In this document: positions 1-9,500 of the stretch, piece by piece
Position numbering within the stretch: the stretch's first letter is position 1
How the letters are laid out: each line of letters starts with the position of its first letter
IMG/VR virus record: IMGVR_UViG_3300048924_000191
Location: 62,001-126,000 of that record
Length of the DNA stretch: 64,000 nucleotides
Strand: one strand, 5' to 3'
The notes under the pieces: model-generated
What the model was told of the DNA's origin: nothing
Seen by the model: only the letters and a program-made list of their open reading frames with translations
Database searches by the model: none
Program-made: the position numbers and the translations under genes

Positions 1-1
1 T

Positions 2-292
2 TACGCCGCTCAGAAGAAGAATGGTCTCATCACCATGTTTGTGGACGGTAAAGCTACCAACATGGCCAATGGTACCGGTTCGACCTACAACAGTAAATCG
101 TTTTCCGCAGGCGCCGGTGTTGCAGCGTGTGACCGGATTACCCTGGGACTTCTGGCGCAAAACATCAGTCATGTTCGTCTCAGTAAGTTCGCTCGGTATC
201 CGATCGACTACACGCCGAAACCGTTCAAGTCTGCTCCAACGCTTGCGCAAGCTGCACCGAACACCGATCTCTCTGGATTCGATCCAGCATAA
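2..292 (+). CDS. 3' end of a virion/tail-associated protein with a LamG/concanavalin-like C-terminal region (5'-truncated by window edge)
   Basis: Frame open from nt 2 (YAAQKKNGLITMFVDGK...RITLG...RLSKFARY) resembles LamG jelly-roll strands; ends in TDLSGFDPA, shared with the convergent neighbour. Confidence 0.55.
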   Translation, partial: YAAQKKNGLITMFVDGKATNMANGTGSTYNSKSFSAGAGVAACDRITLGLLAQNISHVRLSKFARYPIDYTPKPFKSAPTLAQAAPNTDLSGFDPA

Positions 293-297
293 AGCAG

Positions 298-330
298 CAT
301 ACAGCCGGGGCGCAATGCCCCGGCTGTATG
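298..330. terminator. Bidirectional hairpin terminator, CATACAG...CTGTATG family
   Basis: CATACAGCCGGGGC-GCAAT-GCCCCGGCTGTATG perfect stem between convergent genes. Confidence 0.85.
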
Positions 331-345
331 TCGTTGCCGTAAGGA

Positions 346-870
346 TTAAGCCTCGGCGTCGAAACCACTCAGGTCAGTGGTAGTCGCCGCTTCATCCAAA
401 GGGACGTCAGCGTCCGGGATGTCCAGGACGGCGGCGTAGGTGCCGGTGTACAGCAAGCTGGACACGTTGGCGACCACGTCGGCCGAACCCGGGGTATCTT
501 CGTTCACTGGGCGAACGATGTTCGACAGAGTGAATTCGGATTCCAGCAGACCCAGAGCGGTAGCGATCTTGGTCTTGACCTGTGGGTCGGTGTCGGAAGC
601 TGCGATCACCACCGGAATATCTTTGGCGGCAGCGATTGCCTGGCCGGAAGCCAGAGCCAGACGGGTGTAGGAGAAAGTCTGCGAACCAGAGAAACCCTGG
701 TTGGCGATTGCGGTGAAGGTCACCGAGGTGTTACGACCGCCAGTACCGGCAGCGGCCGAAGGCGCACCGACGGTAACTTTGGCCAGAGTGGCGTTCAGAC
801 CGGCGTTCGCACTGTTGACCAGTGCCAGGACGTTCTCCTGAGCCGTGATGGACGGGTTGATCTTTGCCAT
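346..870 (-). CDS. Putative virion structural protein (174 aa, MAKINPSIT...)
   Basis: Ala/Thr/Ser-rich beta-type sequence with F.Y.RL motif and C-terminal DLSGFD; upstream GAGA RBS and CCTATGTAG motif. Confidence 0.65.
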   Translation of the reverse strand: MAKINPSITAQENVLALVNSANAGLNATLAKVTVGAPSAAAGTGGRNTSVTFTAIANQGFSGSQTFSYTRLALASGQAIAAAKDIPVVIAASDTDPQVKTKIATALGLLESEFTLSNIVRPVNEDTPGSADVVANVSSLLYTGTYAAVLDIPDADVPLDEAATTTDLSGFDAEA

Positions 871-905
871 GGTATCGATCTCTCGAAAAGTAGCGAGGGA
901 TTTCG

Positions 906-916
906 CTACATAGGAT
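906..916 (-). promoter_or_regulatory. Putative late promoter (TATG core, ATCCTATGTAG)
   Basis: TATG is the phiKZ late start motif; the identical 11-mer recurs at 2882-2892. Confidence 0.45.
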
Positions 917-922
917 TCACGG

Positions 923-958
923 CATAGAGCCCACCTGAGGGCGCAAACCCTCAGGTGG
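923..958 (-). terminator. Hairpin terminator followed by TATGCC
   Basis: CCACCTGAGGG/CCCTCAGGTGG stem just downstream of the 965-1978 stop. Confidence 0.75.
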
Positions 959-964
959 TGAAGA

Positions 965-1978
965 TTACTCTTCTTGCTTAACGCCCAGCAGACCAGCCTG
1001 CTGGCGACGCAGAGCGCGAGACTTGAGCGCTTCCATGGCCTGATACATACCGGCCAGAGCAACGTCATTCTCTTCGCAGTGCATCTCGCCTTGGTTGAAG
1101 TGCTCCAGGCGATGGATCTGTACAGCCAGCAGACTTTCGAAGGTCACGCCGGTGTGGCCGATCTGGTCAACTGGACCGGACTGGAATTGAATCAGGTTGC
1201 CGGTCTGAGGACGGATACCGCCAACGCCTTCAGTGGCGAAACCGTTGATCAGGTAGAAGTCGTACGAGTCAGGGAAGTCGGTAGGAACCATCCGACGGAC
1301 CTGGATGCTGGTATCGATACCCTCGACCTTGTGGGTCGTGATCGGCGCATCTTCCGAGAACTTCGGTGCAGGCTTACCTTCAGCCGGGAAGTCGAACAGA
1401 GTCGACAGCTCATGCTGGAAGCCGTTGGTGTGGTCAGCGATATAAACCGGCACACCGCCCTTACCTGCGTGTTCGACCATCCAGACGTTATCGATCAGGA
1501 TTTCGAACTTGTCGCCGTAGGTGTCGGTGGCGAACTTCACCAGACCGGCCTTGAGCGTTTCCAGCAGCGCAGGACGATCGAAGTCGGCCTTCAGGTCAGC
1601 TTCGGTAACCAGACGAGTCACTTCGGTTTGAAACGCAGCGAAGAATTCTTTCTCTTGCGCTTTCTCACGCTCTACGAACTCAGGGTCCAGGCGTGGATCG
1701 GCCGGTGCCGGGATGTGGTCGTAGCGCTCGGTGTCTTCGATCTCCGCTTGACTGCGGAACCAGATCGGACTATCAACGCTTACGGCAGTGCCAGCAGCAG
1801 CGTAACCGTAGGCCAGTTCACCGGTAGCTTCCAGTCTGACGAATTCATCCGGGGTGATCTGGATGAAGTACTCGACGCCAGTCTTGCGATGACGAACCTT
1901 GTCGCCGCGCGAGTACTTGCTGAGCTTCACAGGAGCTTGTGGTTCCTGGGTTTGTTCTTGCGGTTGGGCTTGTTCCAT
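965..1978 (-). CDS. Multidomain protein: N-terminal DUF1653/SH3-like domain plus C-terminal Tad1-like (signal-sponge) domain
   Basis: C-term IQFQSGP..G.TGVT.E.LL...IHRL..F..G...CEEN..AL.....A...L..R...R...GLLG follows the Tad1 pattern; N-term RGDKVRHRKTG..Y...IWFRS. Confidence 0.65.
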   Translation of the reverse strand: MEQAQPQEQTQEPQAPVKLSKYSRGDKVRHRKTGVEYFIQITPDEFVRLEATGELAYGYAAAGTAVSVDSPIWFRSQAEIEDTERYDHIPAPADPRLDPEFVEREKAQEKEFFAAFQTEVTRLVTEADLKADFDRPALLETLKAGLVKFATDTYGDKFEILIDNVWMVEHAGKGGVPVYIADHTNGFQHELSTLFDFPAEGKPAPKFSEDAPITTHKVEGIDTSIQVRRMVPTDFPDSYDFYLINGFATEGVGGIRPQTGNLIQFQSGPVDQIGHTGVTFESLLAVQIHRLEHFNQGEMHCEENDVALAGMYQAMEALKSRALRRQQAGLLGVKQEE

Positions 1979-2008
1979 GGGAACGATTTCCTTTGGTGGA
2001 TGTGAGGG

Positions 2009-2602
2009 TTAGTACGTCAGGATCAGATTGAGGGCAGTCGGACCTTCGAGCCCAGTGCCTCGAACCTTGGCTTGGCCGATCAGTTCAAGCGACTTAATCG
2101 TACCGGTAATGCTGGTAGCGAACAACGTGCCTGATAGACCAACGTCTTCCAGAACAAATTGCGGCTCGTAGAAACCTGCTTTTGGCGCGCACAACAGATG
2201 AATGATTTCTTGTAACTTGAACTCATCGCCATGCAGACACAAGATAACTGCAGGTTCACTGCCGTGTTTGTTGACCGTAGCGGAGACAATCGTCTCTTCG
2301 ATGGTTTCGATCAACAGGCGATAAGAACGAGAAGCTCCCTCAGGTTCGACGAGCGCGAACTTGTAGCGCTGCTTCTGGAGCTGACCTTCAGTCATTTCAT
2401 GAAGCGTGATCGTCTCACAGTTGGGCCGTTGCCAACCGTTGATATCCTCACCGACATGATGTCGCTCTTGAGCGAGGTCCTCGGATTCGATCTGGATCAA
2501 CTCGCCGTATTCTTCGACCAGTGCTTTCTCGATCGTGTGCATGACGTGACTCTTACCACGTCCGACAGGACCGATGACAGCCACACGGAGGTTGTTATTC
2601 AT
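2009..2602 (-). CDS. Hypothetical protein with N-terminal Walker A-like motif
   Basis: VAVIGPVGRGKS; GGTGAG RBS. Confidence 0.6.
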   Translation of the reverse strand: MNNNLRVAVIGPVGRGKSHVMHTIEKALVEEYGELIQIESEDLAQERHHVGEDINGWQRPNCETITLHEMTEGQLQKQRYKFALVEPEGASRSYRLLIETIEETIVSATVNKHGSEPAVILCLHGDEFKLQEIIHLLCAPKAGFYEPQFVLEDVGLSGTLFATSITGTIKSLELIGQAKVRGTGLEGPTALNLILTY

Positions 2603-2659
2603 GACTCACCTGCATTGAGTATTGGACATCAAATACAGGTCGGATTTAACAAGTTACAG

Positions 2660-2690
2660 CATAGAACGCCGAGGGACGTCTCCCTCGGCT
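2660..2690 (-). terminator. Hairpin terminator plus TATGC
   Basis: GCCGAGGGA/TCCCTCGGC stem, then GTTCTATGC on minus strand. Confidence 0.75.
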
Positions 2691-2888
2691 ATTGACTCTT
2701 TTATCAATACCAAAGCACCGGTGATGAGTCGATACTAAGGTCTACGCTAAACTTCCAGGAAAGCGTATCTAAGGCGGTCTTACCGCGCGTTGCTCAAATC
2801 AGGGAGCTGGACGAGCGCACTCTGCCCTTACTGTGATTCTTGCGATCTTCAAATTGTGAATGAGCTGCGGAACAACATTCTCTACATA
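2690..2888 (-). ncRNA. Candidate structured ncRNA 1 (~200 nt)
   Basis: No plausible ORF; starts at ATCCTATGTAG and ends at a terminator; stems GAATG/CATTC, GCGGT/ACCGC, TACGCT/AGCGTA, GACTC/GAGTC. Confidence 0.45.
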
Positions 2889-2923
2889 GGATATAACAAA
2901 AAAAAAGAAAGAGGCGGTGAGGC

Positions 2924-3274
2924 TCACGCCCCACCAGTCCTCGTGATCGAACAGACTCTTTCGAGCACTCGATCCATGTCCACCTGAGGTACGGATTCCT
3001 CCGTGTGTAGCAGATGGATTTTACCCTCTGTCAAAACGGACTCCGCGTTCTTTAAGCGTACATCTGCAAAGCTCTGCAGTGCGCTGTAGATAAGCGGATT
3101 CGCTACCTCGTAGTACGAGTCCAAAACAACTGCAACTGCTTCCAGATCGCCTCCGGAAGCGTGCAGGGACTGTACATGATCGACGATGCGACAATTGTGT
3201 TTACCCAGCTTAGAGAAGACATCATTCTTCTTCATCGCTGGACTCTTCTCCATCGTCATCTTCAACTCCTTCAT
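2924..3274 (-). CDS. Hypothetical protein (start uncertain, possibly 3235)
   Basis: ORF in operon orientation; followed by hairpin and T-run. Confidence 0.55.
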   Translation of the reverse strand: MKELKMTMEKSPAMKKNDVFSKLGKHNCRIVDHVQSLHASGGDLEAVAVVLDSYYEVANPLIYSALQSFADVRLKNAESVLTEGKIHLLHTEESVPQVDMDRVLERVCSITRTGGA

Positions 3275-3374
3275 TGTTGCTGTCGTCTTCCTGACGCGTG
3301 TTGTAATTCACGAACAACTCTTCAGCAACGTCTGCCGGGTCGAGCGGTTTGGGGTCATCAGGAAGGCGAGACAT
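3222..3374 (-). CDS. 50-aa very acidic protein (not in ORF track)
   Basis: MSRLPDDPKPLDPADVAEELFVNYNTRQEDDSNNEGVEDDDGEESSDEEE; GAGG RBS; fills the gap between neighbours. Confidence 0.65.
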   Translation of the reverse strand: MSRLPDDPKPLDPADVAEELFVNYNTRQEDDSNNEGVEDDDGEESSDEEE

Positions 3375-3386
3375 TTTGAATACCTC

Positions 3387-4208
3387 TTACAGGGCGAAGT
3401 GGTAGAGCTGTCCTACGTCACCGACGTCGAGGAGCGGGTACGAGGTAGCTGATACCGAGAGGACCGGAACGTTAGCCCGCCCGACGTATGCGGAGCGCGA
3501 GAAGGTCATAGTTACGGTGAAGGTCTTTTCACGGCATGGGGTTACCTTGATCGGCAGCCCAATTCCGAAACGATGTAGCACTTCATCTACCGACAATAGA
3601 TACAACTGGTGTTGTTCGATCAGATACAGGTCGTTCTGATGCTTAACGTGGAAGAGACGATTGATTTCGTCTTGCAGATCTTTACGCAGTGCGATTCCGA
3701 AACCTGCTTCGAACCCGTCATTGATTGCTGCATTACGCAGGACGTTGTGCGGGGTGTTCGGGGTGTGGACGTGGTAGGCATGGCCGTAATCCGGGAGTTG
3801 GAAGACCACCTTCCGGAAGTCTCGCAACCACTCCAGAGCACTGACGATGGAAGTTTCCTTCACGCCACTCAGCGCCAGGCCCATGATCCCGTCAACAGGA
3901 GGGTTGTTGAGCACGTCATGGAATTCGACGTGAGGGTATTTACCGATCAACTCCTTCAACTTGCCATCATCGTCGATCGCCGCCCGTGCCAGCTCACGTA
4001 CCTGGTAGTTGCTGGTCGCAGCGTCCAGGTCGGCGATGACTTGCTTGATAGCTTCCGCACGACCTACGGCAATGGTACCGATACCACGGTAACCGATCAC
4101 TAAGTTGCTGATGTTGCGCACCGCTGTTTCTACAGCGTTGAGAGGACGGCGCGGCCAGTTACTTACGGCGTTAACGACACGGCGTTCTTCAGGGGACAGA
4201 TAGTTCAT
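3387..4208 (-). CDS. Hypothetical protein
   Basis: 273-aa ORF, AGGAG RBS, early-type promoter upstream. Confidence 0.75.
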   Translation of the reverse strand: MNYLSPEERRVVNAVSNWPRRPLNAVETAVRNISNLVIGYRGIGTIAVGRAEAIKQVIADLDAATSNYQVRELARAAIDDDGKLKELIGKYPHVEFHDVLNNPPVDGIMGLALSGVKETSIVSALEWLRDFRKVVFQLPDYGHAYHVHTPNTPHNVLRNAAINDGFEAGFGIALRKDLQDEINRLFHVKHQNDLYLIEQHQLYLLSVDEVLHRFGIGLPIKVTPCREKTFTVTMTFSRSAYVGRANVPVLSVSATSYPLLDVGDVGQLYHFAL

Positions 4209-4244
4209 TTGTCTTGCTCCTAATGGATGATGGTTAATCAAGAC

Positions 4245-4277
4245 TACAATGTATTACCAGCATATTTTTAAAGTTAC
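4245..4277 (-). promoter_or_regulatory. Putative early promoter
   Basis: GTAACTTTAAAAAT...TAATACATTGT matches the recurring intergenic motif. Confidence 0.55.
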
Positions 4278-4279
4278 AG

Positions 4280-4316
4280 CATACAGACCTCCTAGGACCG
4301 AAGCCCTAGGAGGTCT
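4280..4316 (-). terminator. Hairpin terminator plus GTATGC
   Basis: AGACCTCCTAGG/CCTAGGAGGTCT 12-bp stem. Confidence 0.8.
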
Positions 4317-4324
4317 ACACACCT

Positions 4325-4553
4325 TTTCTGACCGATACTTCATCCGTTAGCACATTCCCGCCCCGGCCACGAGAGAATATGCTAACGGCTGAGCGCTCAG
4401 TCTCCAGCTAGCCCCGCCGCTCCCCTTATAAGCGACGTGACTGAAGGTCGTCCGGGGGAACGACCTGCGGCGGCTCTACCCCGGGAGAGTCGGGACCCTG
4501 GGAGAGCTTGAATCGTACGGTTTGCCCAGAACCGTCCGAAGCATCCACGCATA
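4325..4553 (-). ncRNA. Candidate structured ncRNA 2 (~225 nt, closed multi-stem)
   Basis: 5' GAUGCUUC pairs with 3' GAAGUAUC; long internal stems; G-U wobbles valid on the minus strand; ATTATATG upstream, terminator downstream. Confidence 0.6.
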
Positions 4554-4586
4554 TAATAGTAAACGCTCAGTAAAAGTTTACTGCGA

Positions 4587-4994
4587 CTACCAGCCCATGG
4601 TTCTTGGGCGATTGAGCCACTCTTCGTAGACCTTTCCGTTAGCGGTGGTCTTACGTCCGCTCTTGTAGAACCCACTGGTCAGAAAGGCAGTTTGACTCGG
4701 TTTGTTCTCAGGTCTGATCCATGCCTGCCCTGCCTTGTTTGAAAAGTATTGACGGATGAACTGTGCCGCGTATCGCTTACCGCGGTGTTTTGGATCGATG
4801 TAGATAGACCCTACGCGATAATATCCGCCATCGCCTTTCATCGGCATGATGAACCCGATCGTCTCTCCAGTCGGGAGGAAGATGAGTTCCATGCCGTCAA
4901 GTCCAGCCTTGAGAGATTCTGGTCCAAGGAACGGGTCTTTCATGGCCAGATCAAAGAGTCTCTGTTTGGCGCCTTCTACTGTTTCTTTGTTCAT
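4587..4994 (-). CDS. GNAT-family acetyltransferase
   Basis: IYIDPKHRGKRYA (motif A), N..SQ..F...GF (motif B). Confidence 0.8.
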   Translation of the reverse strand: MNKETVEGAKQRLFDLAMKDPFLGPESLKAGLDGMELIFLPTGETIGFIMPMKGDGGYYRVGSIYIDPKHRGKRYAAQFIRQYFSNKAGQAWIRPENKPSQTAFLTSGFYKSGRKTTANGKVYEEWLNRPRTMGW

Positions 4995-5083
4995 GATTGG
5001 AGAACCGGGGAGGTGGTGACATAGCAGTCAAGACAAAAAAAAAGAAAGCCCAGTATAACCTTGCGGCTATACTGGGCGATTGC

Positions 5084-6409
5084 TTAGAGACCGTACTTCG
5101 AGGAAACCATCCATTTGACCGTTTGGCAGATGTTGTCCAGACTGCGTTCATCACCAATCAAACCAGAGCACACTGGTAGAGCATACGCAGGCATGACGAA
5201 CACTTCGACTGGATGTTCGTTGAGTTGCACCATACCCACGATTCTACCGGCCAAGTCCATATCGATCTTGACACGGTACTTGCTCACACCGTAGTACTCT
5301 CGCAGATCCGCCGAAGTTGGTTTCTTGGCACGGACTTCCAGTTCTGCTTCTTCTGGAGTCAGGAAGTCTTCAAAGTCCGAGCTATGCCACGACAACTCAG
5401 GATAGATCGCGCGGACAGTGCCGTTGACCTTGACCACTTCCCCATTGTCGTTGAACCATTCGGCCCATATGTGTTCCATCCCGAGGGATGCGGCTTCTGG
5501 AACCAGCTTCTTCAGATGGTCGTGGAAGATACGACGGGCTGCAGACGAGTGTCCGGTTTCTTCGACTACTTTGAGGTACTTGCGCTCCACAGAAATCTTG
5601 GAGTCTTCGGCGAGCATGTCGTTGAGTTCCTCGTAGGTGAAGAAGCCGTCGTACACCCAGTTGGTTCTGGCTGACAGTACGTCATACACCCGAGTGTGTT
5701 CGAACCTGACTGGCTCGAGTCGGTCCTCGACTTCCGAATAAATCTCGGCTTCTTCTCGGAAGATAGTCGGCCCCCCGCCGGTGGAGATCACGTTGTCGAT
5801 CGCTTTCTCAAGCCTGTCACAATAGAGTTCGGTATCGATATCAGCTATGTTCGCCGATACCGCGCGGTTGTTGATGACCCCGGTCAAGTTGCGGACATCG
5901 TGGTCATCCGGCACGAGGCTGCCGAACGTCAAGACTGAGTTGATGCGGCGCACTACCGAAGACGGGTCTTGACGGAATCCAGGGATGTCTCCTCGACCAC
6001 CCTTCGGTAACATGAGGGTGTCGTAGCGACTCGACAAGATCTCAGTAGCCTCGCTAAGCGGCATGCGATACATCGCCGAACGTAGTCCAACTACTCGGTC
6101 GATATAAAGCTTCGTTTCTGGGGTGAGTTCTTCGGTAGCCTCGCTGTGGCCGTAGACAACGCAGTGATCGCCACCTCGCATCGCATTATTCGGAAACGTG
6201 ACGGCGATCTTGAACGAGAACCGCTGCTTGTCCCAACCGCTCGCTACTTCGATCAGCGTTGCCGAATCGCGAGTGCGGGTATTACGCAAGGCGTTGAGTA
6301 AACCGACATCTGGACTGATGGGTGGGATACTGCCATCGACGACCGGATAAGCCACCTGAGGAGGCATTGGTTGGATAGCGTTGAACTGTACGTTAGCGGT
6401 AAGTTTCAT
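5084..6409 (-). CDS. Jumbo-phage protein, possible divergent paralogue of a Chimalliviridae core family (phiKZ gp69/Imp1/PicA-like)
   Basis: 441 aa, GGAG RBS; motif order GW...RF.F...V, VYG, F.Y.EL, DL.G....V...F..PAY recalled from that family; family call tentative. Confidence 0.35.
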   Translation of the reverse strand: MKLTANVQFNAIQPMPPQVAYPVVDGSIPPISPDVGLLNALRNTRTRDSATLIEVASGWDKQRFSFKIAVTFPNNAMRGGDHCVVYGHSEATEELTPETKLYIDRVVGLRSAMYRMPLSEATEILSSRYDTLMLPKGGRGDIPGFRQDPSSVVRRINSVLTFGSLVPDDHDVRNLTGVINNRAVSANIADIDTELYCDRLEKAIDNVISTGGGPTIFREEAEIYSEVEDRLEPVRFEHTRVYDVLSARTNWVYDGFFTYEELNDMLAEDSKISVERKYLKVVEETGHSSAARRIFHDHLKKLVPEAASLGMEHIWAEWFNDNGEVVKVNGTVRAIYPELSWHSSDFEDFLTPEEAELEVRAKKPTSADLREYYGVSKYRVKIDMDLAGRIVGMVQLNEHPVEVFVMPAYALPVCSGLIGDERSLDNICQTVKWMVSSKYGL

Positions 6410-6440
6410 GCGGACATCTCCAATGGATTGAATACATGTG

Positions 6441-6465
6441 GACAATGTATCAATGGAATTTGTTT
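6441..6465 (-). promoter_or_regulatory. Putative early promoter
   Basis: TTGATACATTGTC in divergent intergenic region. Confidence 0.45.
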
Positions 6466-6535
6466 CAGTGCGTAATTCTATGATTACCGTGCCTTTATCG
6501 GCGCTACATGCCAACACGATACCGGGGAGTGAGCC

Positions 6536-9500
6536 ATGTTCAGTGGCCTTCGATCAAAGTTAGGAATGGTGCGAGTCAGCACCAGTCCAAAGTACGTCAG
6601 CGTGGAAGGGATCGCATCCCACCAACTGCTGCGTGACATGCAACGCGTCTGGGGTTCGAAGGCGCTAGCCAACAACATGTTCAGTTTGATCCGCAGTGGT
6701 GAAGTGAAGTTCTTGCACTTCTTCGCACTGGACTTTCTGTACATCATGGAAACACTCTACGCCGACACCCAGACCCGTCTCCCCAAACGTGTCCTGCGTA
6801 AGGTCATCGACGAACTCAAGGCCAACACCTGGCTGGGTGACATCGATAAGGACGTGAAGTCCATCGTCGACATGAGCGTGGTGGATCACGTCGTCTCCTT
6901 CCCGCTCAAGCCGTTCCAGAAAGCGTTTGCCCAACACTTCGGTGTGATGGTGCCGACCTATCGTCTGCGTGGCTACATGCTCGACGCAGGCCCTGGTACT
7001 GGCAAGACCGTTACCGACCTTGTGGTGGCTGCTGGTCTACATGCTGGCAAGGTAGTGATCATCTCGCCGAAGAACGCCGTGGAGCGTGTGTGGGAAGACA
7101 CTCTCAAGGATATCGTTACGCACAAGCGTCCGTACTGGACCAGTGCGCAGAACGCGCCCCTCACCACCGACTCGCACTACTACGTGGTGCACTACGAAGC
7201 CCTCTCGACGCTGGTCGACTTCATCAAGGCGAATTGGAAGGACTTCAAGAACACGTTCGTTATTCTGGACGAGTCTCACAACTTCAACCGTTTGGCTGCC
7301 GATCGGACTCAGACCCTGATCGAGCTCTGCCAGATGCCGTGCGTGGATTACTGCCTCTGGGCATCGGGGACTCCGATTCTGGCGCTGGGTATCGAGTGTA
7401 TCCCGTTCATGCGTTGTGTCGACACCCTCTTCACTCCAGAAGCAGAAGAACGCTTCCGCAAGATCTACGGTCGCGACGCCAAGCGTGCTAACGACATCCT
7501 GCGTAACCGTATCGGTCACTTGAAGTTCCACGTACCGAAACAGGACGTGGTCGACATTCCCGTGAAGACTCACCAGATCAAGGTGAAGATGCCGGACGGT
7601 GAGAAGTACACGCTGGAGAACATCGGTAACATCCTTCGTAAGTTCATCGATGAGCGCTTGGCGTACTACGATAAGAACTTCAAGCACTACGAGGGACAAT
7701 ACCTCTCGGCTCTGAAGCTGTTCGAAGGACACTTGAGGACAGATGTCGACCGTCGCCAGTACAAAGAGTACCAGGCTGCGATCAAAGTGATCTCTTCGGG
7801 CTTCGATCCGAAGTTGATGAAAGCTGAGGCGATGCTTTGCAACAAGTACGAGCTGAAGACGATTATCCCGCTTCTGCCTAACCACATGAAGCCGGAATTC
7901 AAATCGGCTCGCAGTGTGGTCAAGTACGTCAAACTTAAGGTCATGGGCGAAGCCTTGGGTCGTATCGTTGGCGGTATGCGTTCGAAGTGCCATCTGGACA
8001 TGATTGCGCACATCGACTTCGAACACTACATCGACCGGGCTGAGAAGAAGACGTTGATCTTCACCTCCTACGTCGAGGTGCTGGAAGCAACAGCAGATCT
8101 GCTGTTCCACAAAGGCTACTCGCCTGCCAAGGTCTACGGGGCAACCAACAAGGATCTGGCCGGTATCGTCAAGAAGTTCTACGACGATCCTGATCTGAAC
8201 CCTCTGGCTGCGACCTACCAGTCGTTGTCTACCGCTGTACCGCTCACCGTGGCGACGGACTTGCTGATGTTGAACCAGCCGTTCCGTGAAGCTATCCGTA
8301 CTCAGACAATCGCACGAGCTGCGCGACTGGGTCAGGACTGCACTGTCAACGTGTGGGACTTCCTGCTCGACACTGGTGATAAGCCAAACATCTCCACTCG
8401 CAGTAACGACATCCTTGAATGGTCGGCTGCGATGGTGTCCTCGATCGTTGGCGTGAATAACGTCGACCTCGAAACCCTGACGCTGGAAGCGAAAATGGGT
8501 GAGGACGGGATGTGGGAATGCCTCAGCATGGAAGCCGAAAGCTTTAAGAAGAACTTCATCGACATTCGTGATGAAGAGGACCTGGCCCTTGAATCTGCAG
8601 AGACTGAAATGGAACACATCGACCTGCCGAACTACCTGTATCACGGCTCGGCATTCCGCCAGACGGAACTGAAGCCTGGCTTCCAACACACTGGCGAGCT
8701 GGTCCAGTGGGATAACACCGAAGACAACACTTGGCTGTACGCGTCTGACGACAAAGACAGTGCGGTGATGTTGGGAATCTCCTCGGCGATTGAGAAGAAG
8801 TTCCAGCTCAATCGTTATCAGTGCGATAACAAAACCAAGAAGATGATCATCCACGTCGCCGAACCATTGTCGATCAAAGACATCCACAATCTACATGTCG
8901 TGGTGTACTCGATCAAGGCGGATGCAGCGGACGGCTGGATGGCCAACCACAACCCTGCGAATGGAATCAAAGGCGAGTACAAAACTCAGCGCACCATCAC
9001 GTCCAACATCCTGCGGTGTGAGGATGTGCGGATTGCTGACGCGTTGCGTGGCTGGCATGTGCAGATCGTCGTGCAGGAAGCGTCGATGGAAAGTCTCTCC
9101 ACCATCGTCGCCGGCATCAAGAAAGCATTCGGCATCAAGACTCCCGCTGAGAAGCGTAAGTTCGAACACAACCAGGTCATGCAGAACGACATGCGTCGTA
9201 ACGCAGCGGCGGTGAAGGAGTATCTGAGCAAGTACTTCGGTAACCAATCCTGGCTGGCCAAACAGACCTTCAACGAAGAAGTCTCTACCGGCGGCATGTC
9301 TCCAGCTCTTTCGGTCAACGGGAAGTTCCTGCCGACCTTGAGTGAAGTGACTCACGCCGTTGAGCAGACCAAATCGCTGGTCAAAGAGGCTGACGGCTTG
9401 CTGTCCGGAATGGAACATCAGGTCGAATCGATCCGAGACAAGTACGAAGCCAAGATCAGTCCTGAGATCGACAAGGACAATCACGACGAAGTACAGAAGT

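Noticed and set aside
4397-4675. 92-aa minus-strand ORF
   Set aside because: Out-of-frame overlap with the GNAT gene, low-complexity R/S/G product, coincides with the structured RNA.
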